DNA of 64,000 nt from Alphaproteobacteria bacterium (GCA_964291395.2 OZ219858.1:288001-352000); one strand, 5' to 3'. Shown: positions 26,303 to 38,982, counted from the stretch's first letter. The notes: generated from the sequence alone by a model not told the origin. Program-made: numbers and translations.

Positions 26303-27523
26303 TCACTCCTGCGAAACCTCCTTCACGACCGCCGAGAGCGGCGCCAGCGCGTAGCGCTTCTTTCCAAGGGCCCTGGCCCATCGAGAGACGCGCTCGATGG
26401 TGACAGGGTAGGGAAACCCGACTCCAACGGCCTTCCCGGCCGACTTCGCGATACGCTCGAGCTCAAACAAACGCGCGTCGATCGCCATTCGCGAAGCTTG
26501 CAGATCGATAAACCTGTCACTGGTGACGCTGGGCAGCTCAAGTTCGTTGGCGAGATCCGACGCGACGCCGTTTCGGGAGGCCTTGCTGTCCAGATACAGG
26601 AGACCACGGTCGTTGAGTTCGGTAAGGATGGGCTCCATGGCCTCGGCCGACGTTGTGAACTTTGCTCCTATAAAACTCGTCACGCCGACGTAGCCAGTGA
26701 ACCTGTCGAGCAGCCAGCCGAGGCGTACCAAGTTTTCCTCCGAGTCGAGCGTGGTCAGCAAAGTGTGCGGACCAGGGTCTCTGTCGGGGTAGTCGAACGG
26801 TTCCATGGGCAGTTCCAGGAGCACCTCGTGTCCCGCGGCGCGGGCCTGGGCGATCCAATCCTCCAGGTTGTGGGCATAAGGAACGAAGGCCAACGTCACG
26901 GCACCCGGCAACTGCTGGATCGCGGCCTCGGTTGCGGCCTGGCTCAAACCCAGTCCAGCGATCACGAGAGCAACTCTGGGGATCCCGGGATCGGTGATCT
27001 CGAAGGGCCTCGCATGGACCTGCCAAGCCACATGTCCACCGGGTACGATGACGGGTAAGGGACCCTCCGGCTCGTTCGAAACCGGGTCGGGTTGGGATGT
27101 CGGCGCAAGCGTGACCTCTCTCACTTCCGGCAAGGGAAGCAATGGGGAGACCGGCTCTGCCGGCTCTTCGGACGCCTCGGCCGACTCGGACCCGTCGGGC
27201 ACCCGCTCGGTGGTCCTGGGAACCTCCGCGGTTCGCTCCTCGGGCTGCGCGATCTCTTTTTCCTCGTCGAAGAAATCTCTGTCTTCGAAGTCCTCTTCGG
27301 CTTCAGGAATTTTGAGAGCGGGTGATATGTCGACGACCACGACCGGAGGCTTCCTCGCGGTTTCGTACGCTTGTTGATCGAAGAACAGCCAAGCCCAACC
27401 GACGAGGCCAAAAAAAATGCCGAACAACGCCACCCCGACGATCAACGGCACGTTGAGCCGACGTTCGGCGTCCTTCCGGTCGCAGCGGTTTCGTCTCGAA
27501 CGTGAACGGGCTCGACGCGCCAC
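26303..27523 (-). CDS. Divergent polysaccharide deacetylase family protein (YibQ-like)
   Basis: N-terminal TM, VTLAFVPY, GHEVLLELPMEP, PGPHTL, GLLYLDS. Canonical position after the S41 protease. Confidence 0.88.
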   Translation of the reverse strand: MARRARSRSRRNRCDRKDAERRLNVPLIVGVALFGIFFGLVGWAWLFFDQQAYETARKPPVVVVDISPALKIPEAEEDFEDRDFFDEEKEIAQPEERTAEVPRTTERVPDGSESAEASEEPAEPVSPLLPLPEVREVTLAPTSQPDPVSNEPEGPLPVIVPGGHVAWQVHARPFEITDPGIPRVALVIAGLGLSQAATEAAIQQLPGAVTLAFVPYAHNLEDWIAQARAAGHEVLLELPMEPFDYPDRDPGPHTLLTTLDSEENLVRLGWLLDRFTGYVGVTSFIGAKFTTSAEAMEPILTELNDRGLLYLDSKASRNGVASDLANELELPSVTSDRFIDLQASRMAIDARLFELERIAKSAGKAVGVGFPYPVTIERVSRWARALGKKRYALAPLSAVVKEVSQE

Positions 27524-27564
27524 CGCCTGGCCTGCCCCGTCTCGGCGGCTCCCGAGACGCGCTC

Positions 27565-28833
27565 CTAATTGGTCCGTCGTCCGTAGAGCGTGATACCTCG
27601 CAAGAGGTCGAGCGCGCGCGCGAGCTGATAGTCCTCCGTCGCCGGTGTGCCCGAACTCGTCCCCGCATCTGGTTTGTCATCGCCGTTGTCTTCGGACACC
27701 AGTGCATTACGGAGCGACGCTTCGCTTCGTTGCGGTCGCGATTCGATGGGTTCTACACGAGATTGTACGATCTCGATGTCGGGTTCGATGCCGGTGGCCT
27801 GAATCGATCGCCCGGACGGCGTGTAGTAGCGTGACGTGGTCAGTCGCATGGCACCATGACCGGCCAGAGGAATGACGGTCTGGACCGACCCCTTGCCGAA
27901 CGACTTGGTTCCCAGCACCAGTGCGCGCCGGTGATCCTGCAGGGCACCCGCCACGATCTCCGACGCCGACGCGGAGCCTCCGTTGATGAGCACGACGACG
28001 GGCTTGCCTTCCGACATGTCGCCATTGCGCGCCGAAAAGCGTTGAACGTCGTCGGCACTGCGCCCGCGGGTGGATACGATCTCGCCCCGGTCGAGGAAGG
28101 CATCAGCCACCGCAACGGCCTGTTCCAGAAGACCGCCGGGATTGTTGCGCAGGTCGAGCACCACGCCGCGCATGTTGTCGCCAAGCTTCTTCTTCAGGGA
28201 TGCCATCGCCCTCTTCAATCCCGTTTCGGTCTGCTCATTGAAGGAGGTGATGCGAACGTAGGCGGCATCCCCTTCGATTCGGGAGCGTACAGATTGAATC
28301 TTGATGATGGCGCGGGTGATCGAAATGTCGAAGGGTCGCTCTTGACCGGGTCTCGAAATCGTGAGGGCAATGCTCGTGTCGACTGGGCCCCGCATCCTCT
28401 CGACAGCTTCGGTAAGTGTCAGCCCCAGGACCTGTTGGCCGTCGATCCGGGTAATGAAATCACCCGCCTTGACCCCAGCTCGGTAGGCAGGCGTATCGTC
28501 AATCGGAGAAACGACCTTCACCACGCCGTTCTCCATGGTCACCTCGATTCCCAGACCGCCGAATTCGCCTTTGGTCTGCACCTGCATGTCCCGATAGCTC
28601 TTGGCGTTCAGATAGCTCGAGTGGGGATCCAGCGAGGTCAGCATGCCGTTGATCGCCTTCTCGATAAGGGTCTCGTCCGTGACCTCTTCGACATAGTCCG
28701 AGCGAACACGCTCGAAAACGTCTCCAAAGAGCTGCAACTGGCGGTAGGTGTCCGAGCTGCCCGATTGGGCCACTGCCGGCACCGCAGAACATGTCAGCCC
28801 CATCAGGACGAGATACAACGCTGAACGCTTCAT
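27565..28833 (-). CDS. S41 family carboxy-terminal processing protease (CtpA-like)
   Basis: Signal peptide, LDPHSSY, PDZ GGLGIEV, DLRNNPGG, GSASASEIVAGALQD, GKGSVQT. Confidence 0.93.
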   Translation of the reverse strand: MKRSALYLVLMGLTCSAVPAVAQSGSSDTYRQLQLFGDVFERVRSDYVEEVTDETLIEKAINGMLTSLDPHSSYLNAKSYRDMQVQTKGEFGGLGIEVTMENGVVKVVSPIDDTPAYRAGVKAGDFITRIDGQQVLGLTLTEAVERMRGPVDTSIALTISRPGQERPFDISITRAIIKIQSVRSRIEGDAAYVRITSFNEQTETGLKRAMASLKKKLGDNMRGVVLDLRNNPGGLLEQAVAVADAFLDRGEIVSTRGRSADDVQRFSARNGDMSEGKPVVVLINGGSASASEIVAGALQDHRRALVLGTKSFGKGSVQTVIPLAGHGAMRLTTSRYYTPSGRSIQATGIEPDIEIVQSRVEPIESRPQRSEASLRNALVSEDNGDDKPDAGTSSGTPATEDYQLARALDLLRGITLYGRRTN

Positions 28834-30026
28834 CCGCTCACCTTTCTCTCGCCGGCCGCTAACCAGGGAAGCGGGTTAATCGGCACGCCGTTTCGTCGCA
28901 ATTCCAGGTATAGGACAGGGGCGGTGCCATCGTTCTCGCCCATCCGCCCTATGGGCTCTCCAGCCAGCAGCCACTGACCCACAACACCATCAATGCGGGA
29001 CATCCCGGCTATTAGCGAATGATATCCCTCGCCGTGAGAGATGATCAAGAGTTGGCCATAACTGCGGAAAGGCCCAGCGAACAGCAAGCGGCCATCGTAA
29101 GGCGCAACCACTTGCGCCAACGCCCGGGTGGCGACGCTCAGGCCACGATTGCGGGTCCCAAAATGATTCCGGTCGCCAAATCGCGTCATCAGTCGCCCGC
29201 GCACCGGCAGGGGAAGTATACCGTGCGCACTGGTGAAAGGCTTGCCGACTCCCGGAATGAGAGGCGTGCCGGGAGACTCCTGGGCCAAGCGCTCCTCCTC
29301 CTTCTGCAGTTCCCGCAACAACGCGCGCAAGTTCTTGGCTTCCTTCGCCAGGCGGGCAATCCGCTCCTTGGACCGATCCCGTTTGCCGAGGGTCTGCTTG
29401 TGGAGCCGAGATGTTTGCGTCAGCAGCCGATCGAGGGCCTGGCGTTCGCGCAGCAGAGACTCGGACGTAGAGGCCAATGCCGCTCGTTCGTCCGTGATAC
29501 TGCGCCGAAGCGCTCGGAGCGCGGCCAACTCCACCCGCAGTCCGTCCGTCCGGGACTGTAGCTCGGGGATCACGTTGGTCAGCACTATCGCACCTCGGAC
29601 CGCATTGACGGGGTCCATCGAAGCCGAGATGAGGGTTTCGGGTGGATGGCGTCCCAACTGTGCCAAGCCCCCGATGACGGAGGAAAGCTGTCCATGCCGT
29701 TCCTGAAGGTCGCGCGCCTTTGCGCGCTCTTCGGCGCTCAACGCCTTCAGTTCGACCTCGATCTCGGAGACACGTTCTTCATAGGTTTGAACCGACACGG
29801 CCGTATCGATCAAGTCTCCGCGTATCGACTTGAGACCCTGATTCAGGCGATCGACTTTCGATTCAAGGCTTTGTTCCTGCCGGCGGCTCGACTCGATCTC
29901 CCGCTCGATCTGCCGAAGCTTTTGTTCCGCCGACCGGGCGTTGACCGGACCGGGGTCGAGACACGGCGCGACGTACGCGGCCAAGCCGAAGAGAAGTGCG
30001 GAATATCGGCGGTTAAGCCGAGGCAC
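28830..30026 (-). CDS. envC: Murein hydrolase activator EnvC-like (coiled coil + degenerate M23)
   Basis: Long coiled coil, PVRGRL, VVAPYDG, YGQLLIISHG, LYLELRRNGVPINPLPWL. Lies between gpmI and the S41 protease. Start estimated. Confidence 0.85.
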   Translation of the reverse strand: MPRLNRRYSALLFGLAAYVAPCLDPGPVNARSAEQKLRQIEREIESSRRQEQSLESKVDRLNQGLKSIRGDLIDTAVSVQTYEERVSEIEVELKALSAEERAKARDLQERHGQLSSVIGGLAQLGRHPPETLISASMDPVNAVRGAIVLTNVIPELQSRTDGLRVELAALRALRRSITDERAALASTSESLLRERQALDRLLTQTSRLHKQTLGKRDRSKERIARLAKEAKNLRALLRELQKEEERLAQESPGTPLIPGVGKPFTSAHGILPLPVRGRLMTRFGDRNHFGTRNRGLSVATRALAQVVAPYDGRLLFAGPFRSYGQLLIISHGEGYHSLIAGMSRIDGVVGQWLLAGEPIGRMGENDGTAPVLYLELRRNGVPINPLPWLAAGERKVSG

Positions 30027-31614
30027 GGCTCTGCGCCAGGCCGTGATCGAATTCCGAAGCCCCGGTGAGAACAAGGAGAGAAGTTCCCGAGACGTCGTCG
30101 GGCATCGAGAGGCCCATGAGTTCCAACAGCGTCGGGGCGATGTCGGCGAGTCGTCCGCCGCGTAGGCTACCGACGTCGCTCGGTGCATTCACCAGGATCG
30201 CCGGAACCTTGTCCATGGTATGCGCCGTGTGGGGCTGTCCTGTGTTCCGATCGGCCATGCGCTCGGCGTTGCCATGATCCGCCGTGATCAAGAGGGAACC
30301 GCCGGCCTGTTTCACGGCATCCGCGAGCCTGCCCAGACACACATCCACGGCTTCTGCCGCTTTCACCGCGGCATCAAAGTTTCCTGTGTGACCGACCATG
30401 TCTCCATTCGCGTAATTCACGAGAATGAAATCGAACTCCCCGCCAGCGATGGCTTCCACCAGCTTGTTCGTGACCTCGTAGGCCGACATTTCGGGCTTGA
30501 GATCGTAGGTGGCCACGTTGGGGGATGCTACCAGAATTCGCTCCTCGCCGGCGAAGGCCTGTTCTTCTCCTCCATTGAAGAAAAACGTGACGTGCGCATA
30601 CTTCTCCGTCTCGGCAATGCGCAGCTGTTTCAAGCCGGCCCGGGACACGACCTCTCCCATGGTGTCCCGCAGGTGGACGGGCGGAAACAGCGCGGGCAGA
30701 AACGAGTCGAGTCCCGTGGAGTACCCGACCATGCCGACGGCTGCCGTGAACCGGACGACCCGCTCCCGCTCGAACGATGTGAACGCGGGATCGAGCAGTG
30801 CCGTCAGAATCTCACGAGCGCGGTCGGCGCGGAAATTGACCATCAGAAGGCCGTCGCCGTCGCGCATGCCCGCATATTCCGCGATGATCCGTGGCTTGAC
30901 GAACTCGTCCGTCTCACCGGCGGCATATGCGGACTCGATGGCTGATGGCACGTCCACGGCACGCTCTCCGATCCCATCGACCAGTGCGTTGTAGGCGATC
31001 TCGACCCGCTCCCAACGCTTGTCCCGGTCCATGGCGTAGTAGCGTCCGCACAGGGACGCGACACGAACTCCCCCGATACCGTCAACGGACTCCATGAAGC
31101 AGGCCAGATGCGTGTCTGCGCTCTTCGGAGGGGTGTCCCTCCCGTCCAACAGTGCGTGAACCGCGACGGGAGTGCCAGCCGACGCGATGAGCTCAGCGAG
31201 AGCCGTGATGTGGTCCTGATGTGAATGAACGCCGCCAGGCGACATTAGGCCCAACAAATGGCAAATGCCGCCACTCTCCTTCAGCGCATCGATAAGGTCC
31301 TGAAGGACGCTGTTGTCGGCGAGGGTGCCTCTACGCAGTGCATCGTCGATGCGCGGCAGATCCTGAAGGACTACGCGGCCGGCACCGATGTTCATATGTC
31401 CCACTTCCGAGTTGCCCATCTGTCCGTCGGGTAGTCCGACGTGGGCTTCTGAGGCGTCCAGCAGACTCCAGGGGCATTCGGCCAGCAGGCGGTCATAGTT
31501 GGGCGTTGGCGCCTGAGCGATCGCGTTGTCTTCTCCCGCCTCTCGGTAGCCCCAGCCATCCAGGACGCAGAGGACGACGGGGCGCGGCCTGTCGATGTGA
31601 TGCATAGGGATCAT
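30013..31614 (-). CDS. gpmI: 2,3-bisphosphoglycerate-independent phosphoglycerate mutase
   Basis: LDGWG, GQMGNSEVGH, GGVHSH, DGRDTPP, AETEKYAHVTFFFNGG, DMVGHTG, TADHGNAE. Confidence 0.96.
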   Translation of the reverse strand: MIPMHHIDRPRPVVLCVLDGWGYREAGEDNAIAQAPTPNYDRLLAECPWSLLDASEAHVGLPDGQMGNSEVGHMNIGAGRVVLQDLPRIDDALRRGTLADNSVLQDLIDALKESGGICHLLGLMSPGGVHSHQDHITALAELIASAGTPVAVHALLDGRDTPPKSADTHLACFMESVDGIGGVRVASLCGRYYAMDRDKRWERVEIAYNALVDGIGERAVDVPSAIESAYAAGETDEFVKPRIIAEYAGMRDGDGLLMVNFRADRAREILTALLDPAFTSFERERVVRFTAAVGMVGYSTGLDSFLPALFPPVHLRDTMGEVVSRAGLKQLRIAETEKYAHVTFFFNGGEEQAFAGEERILVASPNVATYDLKPEMSAYEVTNKLVEAIAGGEFDFILVNYANGDMVGHTGNFDAAVKAAEAVDVCLGRLADAVKQAGGSLLITADHGNAERMADRNTGQPHTAHTMDKVPAILVNAPSDVGSLRGGRLADIAPTLLELMGLSMPDDVSGTSLLVLTGASEFDHGLAQSRASA

Positions 31615-31710
31615 TTTATCACACTCGGATGGTCCCGCCTTTCGTTCCCGTCGCATGTCGGGCCCGAGTCCCTTCATCAGCGGCATCGTATCCCGCTAAC
31701 GGAAAGGGCG

Positions 31711-32172
31711 TCAGCGCGACCGGTGATAGGGATGCCCGGAATGAATCGTCGAGGCGCGATATAGCTGCTCCGTGAGCATCACCCGGACCAGCATATGCGG
31801 CCACGTCATGGCGCCGAAGGATACGATCACATCGGCCCGCTTCAAGATGGCGTCATCGAGGCCATCGGCGCCGCCGATGAGGAAGGCGATCTCGGGAATG
31901 GCTTGGTTCTGCCAGTCTTGAAGCTTGGCCGCGAACTCCTCGCTCGTGAGGGGCTCGCCACATCGGTCCAAAGCGATCGTTAGTCCGGCACCGGGCCAGG
32001 CGTCGCCGATGAGTTTGCATTGGCGATCCCGGCGCTCGCTGGTGCTCAGCCGCCCACGAGCCTGGACTTCCTTGACATCTATCTGCCAGGGCAGACGTTT
32101 GACGTATTGCTCGAACAGCGGGGCGGTGGGATCACTCTTCCCGCGGCCCACGGCGATGATCCTGATTCGCAT
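31711..32172 (-). CDS. rlmH: 23S rRNA pseudouridine-1915 methyltransferase
   Basis: FLIGGADGL, MTWPHMLVRVMLTEQLYRA, GHPYHR. Confidence 0.95.
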   Translation of the reverse strand: MRIRIIAVGRGKSDPTAPLFEQYVKRLPWQIDVKEVQARGRLSTSERRDRQCKLIGDAWPGAGLTIALDRCGEPLTSEEFAAKLQDWQNQAIPEIAFLIGGADGLDDAILKRADVIVSFGAMTWPHMLVRVMLTEQLYRASTIHSGHPYHRSR

Positions 32173-32178
32173 GGGAAG

Positions 32179-32568
32179 TTAACTGACGGCCTGCTCCGAC
32201 GCGGGTAGCTCCACCGACCACATCTTCTCGAGGTTGTAGAACTCGCGCACTTCCTGCCGAAAGATGTGGGCGATGACGTCGCCCGCGTCAATCAGCACCC
32301 AGTCGCATCGAGGCATGCCCTCGACCCCGACCGGTCGCCACTTGTTCTCCTTGAGGCGTTCAATAAGGTGTTCGGCGACGGCACCGACGTGCCGCTGCGA
32401 GCGGCCCGTGGCGATCACCAGATAATCCGCAAGGATGGTCTTGTTCCGAATGTCTATGGAAACGATGTCGCCCGCCTTGTCGTCTTCCAGCGATGACGTC
32501 ACCAGTTCCAGCAGCCCGGCCGAAGAATCAATGGCGGTATCCGCTTCGCTTATCTTCTCGTTTTCCAT
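32179..32568 (-). CDS. rsfS: Ribosome silencing factor
   Basis: LEDDKAGDIV, IATGRSQRHV, DWVLIDAGDVIAHIF, REFYNLEKMW. Confidence 0.95.
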   Translation of the reverse strand: MENEKISEADTAIDSSAGLLELVTSSLEDDKAGDIVSIDIRNKTILADYLVIATGRSQRHVGAVAEHLIERLKENKWRPVGVEGMPRCDWVLIDAGDVIAHIFRQEVREFYNLEKMWSVELPASEQAVS

Positions 32569-32620
32569 CCAGCGTGCTCGAACGACGCCTCTCTATGGTT
32601 CACCTATTTCCCATCTTCCT

Positions 32621-33232
32621 TCAACGGCTCGTGGCGCTCTCCCGCAAGGCCGTTGCGGAAGTGGGATCGTTTGAACCCCAGAGGAAGATCCACGCCGGGG
32701 GTACTCGATCAGCCAGGGTTCCTCCCTCATGTTCGTTCAATCGGCAACGGGCATATCGCGTCGCGGCAGTACCCGCCAGTGCTCGAAAAGAATAGGTTGG
32801 ACGGTCGAAGACCGCAACGGGCACCGCCCCGAAGATTTCGATCCACCGTCGCCACTTCGTGATTTGAATCAAATTGTCCGCTCCCATGATCCACACGAAA
32901 CCATGATGAGGATACCGGCTGCACAGCTTGCGAAGCGTGTCGACGGTGTATCGGGTTCCGAGTTCCGCCTCCGCTTCACTGATCCGGATACGCCGGTCGT
33001 GGGTGACGTCGCGGGCAGAATCGAGGCGTTCCGAGTACGGCGCCATTCCGGCTGTCGGCTTGAGAGGATTCTGTGGCGAAACCAGCCACCAGATCTGGTC
33101 GAGGTTCAGTCGCCTGAGCGCGAGCAGACTGATGTGAACGTGGCCGGCATGGGGTGGATTGAACGATCCACCCAACAGTCCCACCCGCGGACCGCGTGCG
33201 GTTCGCCGCCGAGGGACGGTCGTCTCGATCAT
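32621..33232 (-). CDS. nadD: Nicotinate-nucleotide adenylyltransferase
   Basis: GGSFNPPHAGH, VSPQNPLK, WIMGADN, SATALR. Confidence 0.93.
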   Translation of the reverse strand: MIETTVPRRRTARGPRVGLLGGSFNPPHAGHVHISLLALRRLNLDQIWWLVSPQNPLKPTAGMAPYSERLDSARDVTHDRRIRISEAEAELGTRYTVDTLRKLCSRYPHHGFVWIMGADNLIQITKWRRWIEIFGAVPVAVFDRPTYSFRALAGTAATRYARCRLNEHEGGTLADRVPPAWIFLWGSNDPTSATALRESATSR

Positions 33233-33278
33233 GCGCCTCCGCGCATCACGATGTCGCGATACATTCGTCGCGGGATCA

Positions 33279-34570
33279 TCAGGGTCGGGTCTGCCCCGAT
33301 CCGTGGACGACGTACTTGAACGTGGTCAGCTGCTCCACGCCGACAGGGCCGCGCGCGTGCAGGCGTCCCGTCGAAATCCCGATCTCCGCTCCCATGCCGA
33401 ATTCGCCGCCATCCGCGAATTGCGTGGAGGCATTGTGCAACAGGATGGCGCTGTCCACCTCATTCAGGAAGCGCTCGGCCGCGGCTTCATTCCCGGTGAC
33501 GATGCTCTCGGTGTGATGGGAACCGTAAGTTCCGATGTGCTGGATGGCCGCGTCGAGATCCTCGACCACGCGCACGGAGAGGATCGCGTCGAGGTATTCC
33601 GTGGTCCAGTCGTCCTCGGTGGCCGGGGTAACACGATCATCCAAGAGTCGCGTGGGATCGTCCCCCCGGACCTCACATCCCGCGCCGATCAGATCGTCGA
33701 TGATGGGCGGCAGATGAGTCTGGGCAACCGCCTTATCGACGAGCAGCGTTTCCGCCGCGCCACAAATGCCAGTGCGCCGCATCTTGGCATTGAAAACGAT
33801 GTCCCGTGCCATCTCCGGTTCGGCGTCCCCGTGCACGTAAACGTGACACAGACCGTCGAGGTGGGCGATGACCGGCATCCGACTCTCTTCAAAAACCCGT
33901 TCGATCAGCGATCGTCCACCCCGCGGCACGATGATGTCGACGTAGTCGTGGAGGCGCAGGAGCGCACCGACCGCGGCACGGTCGCGTGTCGGCACGAGCT
34001 GGATGGCAGCCTCGGGCAGACCGGCGGCGGCCAGCCCCCGGCGCAGGCACGCGTGGATGGCGCGGGAGGAATGATGGCTTTCCGAGCCGCCGCGCAGGAT
34101 GGCCGCGTTACCCGATTTGAGGGACAAAGCACCGGCATCAGCCGTCACGTTCGGTCGGGACTCGTAGATGATGCCGATCACGCCAAGGGGGACGCGCACG
34201 CGCGAGATGCGCAAACCATTGGGACGCGTCCATTCGGCGATCACGTCGCCCACGGGGTCTGCGAGCTCCGCGACCTCCTCGAGACCCTTTGCGATGCCCT
34301 CGATTCGCGTTTCGTCGAGCGCCAATCGATCCAGCTTGGCCGCACCTAGGTCGGAGTCCCGAGCTGCCTTCATGTCGGCGTCATTGGCTTCGAGAATGTC
34401 TCCGGTACGGGCGCGGATTTCAGCGGCAGCCGCCAGCAGGGCCGTGTTCTTGTCCTCGGTGGACGTGCTGCTCAGGACCATTCCGGCCGCACGCGCGGCC
34501 TCGCCGAGGCGCGTCATCAGGGGCATGACGTCCTCGTCTCGTCGGGCGATTTCCGCCGTCCCAATGGCAC

Positions 34571-34574
<4 letters not shown>
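33279..34574 (-). CDS. proA: Glutamate-5-semialdehyde dehydrogenase
   Basis: [57 protein letters not shown]. Confidence 0.97.
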
Positions 34575-36843
<2,269 letters not shown>

Positions 36844-37101
36844 TCAGGCAGCCGGCTCCACGGACACGTAGGTGTGTCCCGATCCTTTCTTCTCGAACGC
36901 GACCTTACCCTTGATCAGGGCAAAGATCGTATGATCCTTGCCGAGGCCCACGTTCTGGCCCGGGCGCCACTTGGTGCCGCGTTGGCGGATGATGATGTTG
37001 CCGGGGATAACGTGCTCACCGCCGTACTTCTTGACGCCGAGCCGGCGCCCCACTGAATCCCTCCCGTTGCGCGAACTTCCGCCTGCCTTCTTGTGAGCCA
37101 T
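36844..37101 (-). CDS. rpmA: 50S ribosomal protein L27
   Basis: [34 protein letters not shown]. Confidence 0.98.
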   Translation of the reverse strand: MAHKKAGGSSRNGRDSVGRRLGVKKYGGEHVIPGNIIIRQRGTKWRPGQNVGLGKDHTIFALIKGKVAFEKKGSGHTYVSVEPAA

Positions 37102-37113
37102 GGCCCCGCTCCT

Positions 37114-37539
37114 CTAAGAGCCGTCCTTGTCGCCGCCGTCGGTCTTCTTACGCCCGCTCGGCGCCGCCTTGGTCTTCGGCTTGGACGCGGCCTTGCGTCC
37201 ACCTGACTTGGCCGCACGCTTCGCGCCGGGCACATTGACGTCGGTGATCCGAAGAAGAGTGACGTCCTGCCGGTGACCCTTCTTGCGACGGTAGTTCTTC
37301 CGGCGCTTCTTCTTGAACACGATGATCTTGTCGTCGCGCCCATGCTCGATGACCTCGGCACTGACGCTCGCGCCCTTGACCAGCGGACTGCCGACCGTCG
37401 TGGTCTTGTCGTCGCCGACCATCAGCACTTCAGCCAGATCGAGATTCGATCCTGCTTCGACCGCGAGTTTCTCGACGGCAATGACCTCGTCCTTGGCGAC
37501 ACGATATTGCTTGCCGCCTGTCCTGATGACTGCGTACAT
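37114..37539 (-). CDS. rplU: 50S ribosomal protein L21 (Lys/Ala-rich C-terminal extension)
   Basis: [32 protein letters not shown]. Confidence 0.98.
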   Translation of the reverse strand: MYAVIRTGGKQYRVAKDEVIAVEKLAVEAGSNLDLAEVLMVGDDKTTTVGSPLVKGASVSAEVIEHGRDDKIIVFKKKRRKNYRRKKGHRQDVTLLRITDVNVPGAKRAAKSGGRKAASKPKTKAAPSGRKKTDGGDKDGS

Positions 37540-37606
37540 GGAAGCTACCGGCTACACCAGAAATCACTTCGCCCACGACCTGTGACAGGTCTCGCGCGCG
37601 GCGGGA

Positions 37607-37634
37607 ACTATAGTCACCGCATCCAGCTAGTCAA
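37607..37634 (-). promoter_or_regulatory. Putative sigma70 promoter of rplU-rpmA
   Basis: Minus strand TTGACT-N16-TATAGT ~70 nt upstream of rplU. Confidence 0.55.
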
Positions 37635-37860
37635 TGATTTCGTTCAGTTTCCTCCCCCTCCGCGCCAGGGCTTGGGAAGGCGAGTCCTCCCTGGCAGGGT
37701 GAGCAGCATTGAAGCGTGCGTTTGTACGAGTTGTCTGTCCGTGCGGCCGGAACGAATTGGCAACCGTCATGGTTCTGCCATAATGCGCTTGCACGGTAAT
37801 ACGGCGAGTTCGCGGCACGAACAGCCGGCGTTTTGGTAGAGAAAGACAAGGGAGGTGACC

Positions 37861-38239
37861 ATGCGGGCCAAGGAGATCATGACTAGGCAGTAGGTCACAG
37901 CGGAACCCGAAACACCGGTGACGGAGATCGCGCAGATGATGATGGAACACCGAATCAGCGCGGTTCCCGTCATCACGCCCGATCATCTCGGTTCAGCGAG
38001 ACCGATCAGGCTGCCGCGGTCCTGGTGGCTGGGAAGCAAGAGCGTCGACAAGACCGAGGGCAATCTCGCCAAGATCATGACCACGCCGGATCTCGGTTGA
38101 TCAGGAAGCGACGATCGAAGACGTCGCGAGGCTGTTCCTGACGCGGAAGATCAATCAAGCCCCGGTGGTGCATGGGGGCAAGCTCGTGGGGATCGTCAGC
38201 CGCGGGGATCTGGTGTCGGCTGTCGCCCGTTCCGACTGA
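37861..38239 (+). pseudogene. CBS-pair domain protein, degraded
   Basis: GGAGG RBS, then MRAKEIMTRQ*VTAEPETPVTEIAQMMMEHRISAVPV (TAG at 37891), RSWWL, and in another frame VARLFLTRKINQAPVVHGGKLVGIVSRGDLVSAVARSD*. Confidence 0.8.
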
Positions 38240-38345
38240 CGTTCGCCAACCCGCGGAGAATCCGCCGCCACGCCGTCGGGACTTGTCGCGGTCCCGGCTT
38301 TGCACTATTGAGGCGGCCACCACGGAGCCGAGACGACCGTCGCTC

Positions 38346-38434
38346 GGAGGGGTGCCGGAGTGGCCGAACGGGGCGGTCTCGAAAACCGTTGTACGCACTG
38401 CGTACCGTGGGTTCGAATCCCACCCCCTCCGCCA
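38346..38434 (+). tRNA. tRNA-Ser (anticodon CGA)
   Basis: Acceptor GGAGGGG/CCCCTCC, anticodon arm GCGGT-CTCGAAA-ACCGT, long variable arm, GTGGG-TTCGAAT-CCCAC T arm, discriminator G and encoded CCA. Confidence 0.97.
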
Positions 38435-38489
38435 TTCTCCTATCCCGTCAATACCCATGAGTGCTCTGAAAACCGATGTGGGGCTGTCC

Positions 38490-38705
38490 GTGGCAAGGCT
38501 GAACGCCGCGAAGGTCTACGAGGCGAACCTGCCGCGGCGATGTGCTGGCCGTCCTGAAGCCGATACGGACCGTGAGGCCGGGAACGGCAGGACGCGTCCG
38601 GCAGCGCATTCGCACAATTCTCCGATGGTGCGGGGCACACGACTACTGCGCCGGCAACGCGGCGGGGGAAGCGCTGAACGGCGCCCTTCCGCCCATGCCG
38701 CGCCG
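38490..38705 (+). pseudogene. P4-like tyrosine integrase remnant
   Basis: GTG-ARLNAAKV N-terminus joined by deletion to DVLAVLKPIRTVRPGTAGRVRQRIRTILRWC...NAAGEALNGALPPMP (core-binding region). Catalytic domain absent. Confidence 0.75.
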
Positions 38706-38726
38706 GTCGGCCGGTCGGCCGCAAAG

Positions 38727-38760
38727 GCGAGACTAAGCGAGACTAGCCGAGACTAGGCGA
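38727..38760 (+). repeat. 10-bp tandem repeat, ~3.4 units (consensus GCGAGACTAG)
   Basis: gcgagactaa-gcgagactag-ccgagactag-gcga. The same unit recurs at 63654-63680. Confidence 0.8.
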
Positions 38761-38879
38761 ACAAAAGCACCTGCAGGGTCCGGCCGGAGCCTCGGCGGTG
38801 AAGCGGGGCGCCGCCCTCAGGACCGGGCCGTGACGCGGACGTCCGGACCGGAATCCTCGGGCAGTATGTCCGCCGCGAT

Positions 38880-38982
38880 GCTTTCGGCGACGCGCCGCCG
38901 CCTCGCGCACGGAATGCCGCGCGAGGTGGGCATAACGAGCCGTGGTCCGGGCCTGGGTGTGGCCGAGGAGCTTGTCGATCAT
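38880..38982 (-). pseudogene. Tyrosine integrase C-terminal remnant
   Basis: MIDKLLGHTQARTTARYAHLARHSVREAAAR = LLGH...TxxY catalytic box II. Confidence 0.8.

Noticed and set aside
37114-37230. Basic C-terminal tail on L21 (a similar tail ends Mdh at ~6770-6800)
   Set aside because: Low-complexity extensions, common in Alphaproteobacteria.
38727-38760. CRISPR array
   Set aside because: 10-bp units with no spacers and no cas genes. No CRISPR array was seen anywhere in the window.
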